Program-made: the position numbers and the translations under genes
Assembly (NCBI GenBank): GCA_963845355.1
Contig: CAWJRV010000041.1
Location: 9,235 to 73,234 of the forward strand
Source of the DNA: an uncultured Actinomycetes bacterium
GTDB taxonomy: Bacteria > Actinomycetota > Thermoleophilia > UBA2241
Reading direction: 5' to 3'
Length of the DNA: 64,000 nt
Shown: in pieces, positions 62,032-64,000 of the stretch
Layout: the number at the start of each line of letters is the position of its first letter
How positions within the stretch are numbered: position 1 is the stretch's first letter
The notes under the pieces: generated by a model
Told to the model about the DNA's origin: nothing
Seen by the model: the letters and a program-made list of their open reading frames with translations, nothing else
The model's database searches: none

Positions 62032-64000
62032 CGCTCCTCCTCCCAGACGCCCCGGCGGCGGCGAAAACGATGCTCGCCCGCTTCGAGGCGGCGCGTACGG
62101 CGACCGATGACCACCGTCGCCGGCACGTCGACTATCGTGACGTCGAGCTCGCCCGGGCGAACACTGACACGCAGCCGCGCGCCCCGAAAGCGTAGCGCAA
62201 ACGACAGCGAGGTCCAGTCTTCGGGCAGGTGCGGGTCGAGCACGAGAGCCTCATCGTGGCGCCGCACGCCGCCGAAACCCATCACCGCCGCCTGCCACAA
62301 GCCGCCCATGGTCGCCATGTGCAGGCCGCGCGCCGCGTTGCCCATGTTGTCTGAGAGATCGACTTCGGCGGCCATGCGAAAGGCCTCGACGGCGAGCCTG
62401 ACGTCGCCGAGGCGGGCGGCGAGGGCGGCGTGGATGCCCGGCGACAGCGAGCTGCCGTGGCTGGTGATCGGCTCGTAGTAGCGCAGGTTGGCGAGCGCCA
62501 CGTCGGGCGGGATCTCGTCGGGCAGCACGTGGCAGAGCATGACGACGTCGGCCTGCTTGACGACCTTCGACTTGAGCGTGACCTCGCGGCCCAGCAGAAG
62601 GTCGGCCGCCATCGGGCGGGCGGCCAGCGCGGCCGGGTCGACGTCGTCCATCTCGTAGAAGCCGTCGAACTGCTCGTAGAGCCCTGTGGCCGGATCGAAG
62701 CCGTCGACCAGCGCGCCGGCGACGATACGCCAGCTCGTGAGCTCGGCGGGCGTCAGGCCCAGACGCTCGCCGAGCACGGCCGCCCTGTCGGGAGCGCGTT
62801 CGGAGAGCCAGGCGTAGGCATCGAGGGCACGCTCGATGTTGTAGCGCGCCAGCACGTTGGTGTAGGCGTTGTCGTCGACGCCCTCGTGATACTCGTCGGG
62901 GCCCACGACCATCGGGATGTGGTAGCGCCCCAGCTCGTCGCGGCTCGCCCGCGAGACCCAGAACCGCGCCGTCTCGAGCAGCAGCTCGACGCCCATGTGC
63001 TCGAGGAAATCGTCGTCGCCGGTGCACTTCCAGTACTCCCAGGCGGCCCAGCCGACGTCGGCCGATATGTGATGCTCGAGCAGGCCCGAGAGGATGGGGA
63101 TCATCTCGCCGTGGGCGCCGATGCCGTACGGCGGCGTGGTCTCGACCCCCTTGTCGGCCGACTCCCAGGGAAACAGCGCCCCCTTATGGCCCATGTCGCG
63201 GGCCTTCCGGCGGGCGCCGTCGAGGTTGCGGTAGCGGTAGGCCAGCAGCGTGCGGGCGGTCTCGGGGTGCGTGTAGATGAAGAACGGCACCACGAAGATC
63301 TCGGTGTCCCAGAAGACGTGGTTGAAGTACGACAGGCCCGACAAGCCGCGCGCCCCGACCGAAACGCTCTCCTTGTCGGGGTGGGCCGTCGCCATCATGT
63401 GGTAGCTCGAGAAGCGCAGGGCGAGCTCGGCCTTGGGATCGCCGCCGACCGAGATGGCGGTGTCGGCCCAGCGTTCCCGCCAGGCCTCGACGTGGCGTGC
63501 CAGAAGCTGGTCGAACCGGCGCGCTCGGCTTGTTCGAGGGTGTCCAGCGCGCTTCTCGTCGCCGGTGGGCGGCTGGCCGACGAGCGCACGACCGCTATGC
63601 GGTCGATGGTCGCCGGCTCGTCGCGGTCGAGCCGCCCGCCGATCACGTCACGCGACTGTTCGAGGTAGCGCATCACCGGCGAGCCGATCGCCGGCTTGGT
63701 CGAGACCGCCAGGGTGTGGCCGCCGCCCTTGCGACCCTTGGTGCGCACCACGAAACCGGTGCCGTCGAGCGAGGTCAGCGAGGCTTCGTAGACCGGGCCG
63801 CCGGCGTTCGACAGGCCGACGCAGGCCTCCCACACGAGGCGTCCGCAGAAGTCTTCGGGGCTCGCTTCGGCCCGCAGGACCATGACCGCGCGATCGGCGA
63901 GCGAGGCAAAGCGCGCCGTGCGCACGCGCACCGTGCGCCCCACGCGATCGCGCTGGCGCCAGTAGCGAAAGACGATCCCCTGGCTCATGTCGAGCACCCG
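62028..64000 (-). pseudogene. GH65 glycoside phosphorylase (kojibiose/trehalose/maltose phosphorylase family), 5' end outside the window, apparent 1-nt frameshift
   Basis: The catalytic half in ORF 62028..63398 contains FWDTEIF, LFPWES, ADVGWAAWEY and DDNAYTN. The N-terminal half is in ORF 63395..63997. The expected ...QAERAG-FDQLLARHVEAWRERW... needs one extra T at GGTTCGAC (plus-strand AA at 63514-63515). Confidence 0.75.

Overview
Very GC-rich (about 70% G+C by eye, not computed), densely coding bacterial chromosomal segment. I call about 65 protein genes, many with 1-20 nt start/stop overlaps. I found no rRNA, tRNA, CRISPR array or intact mobile element. Many long antisense ORFs in the track are GC-driven artefacts.

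Recognisable blocks, in order:
1. Fe-S flavoprotein followed by a Dlt-like envelope acylation module: carrier protein, DltX-like tail peptide, adenylating ligase and MBOAT (0.3-4.4 kb).
2. Riboswitch-controlled cobU-cobT-cobS-cobC nucleotide-loop operon (4.4-7.9 kb, minus strand).
3. GAF histidine kinase with a LuxR-type regulator, then a Crp/Fnr regulator next to ferredoxin-cooS, with matching TTGAC-N4-GTCAA palindromes (8-13.7 kb).
4. An accessory-looking islet opening with an integrase N-terminal remnant. It holds small same-strand genes: 3 membrane proteins, 4 GNATs, 2 methyltransferases plus one remnant, a sugar acetyltransferase, an isochorismatase-like hydrolase, csp and a 26-bp tandem repeat (13.8-22.1 kb).
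5. Housekeeping genes rlmKL, recQ and dppA-like, then DUF72, an FAD oxidoreductase, a HEAT-repeat protein and a divergent radical SAM/SPASM gene (22-33 kb).
6. hemE-hemH-hemY(cgoX) operon of the coproporphyrin-dependent heme route (35.2-38.9 kb).
7. A seven-gene, translationally coupled Hdr/Mvh-type cluster with two HdrA paralogues. One carries a GltD/NfnB-like NAD(P)H module and the other is fused to MvhD (39.7-49.4 kb). It is followed by a MoaD/ThiS-like protein and nadA.
8. ADH, a LolA-like protein with an ABC-2 exporter, polysaccharide deacetylase, lgt, usp and a GH65 phosphorylase running off the window end.

Most interesting: the rearranged DltD-less Dlt-like module with an FxYxxF tail peptide, the unusual Hdr cluster, a 36-bp perfect low-GC palindrome inside rlmKL, a 26-bp tandem array abutting a GNAT start, a dispersed 56-nt hairpin repeat, and leaderless-type promoters.

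Three genes show single-base homopolymer frameshifts, and one of them also carries an in-frame TAG. This could be real decay or assembly error. The lineage cannot be resolved from this window. The content fits a high-GC monoderm-type bacterium with anaerobic C1/redox capacity.
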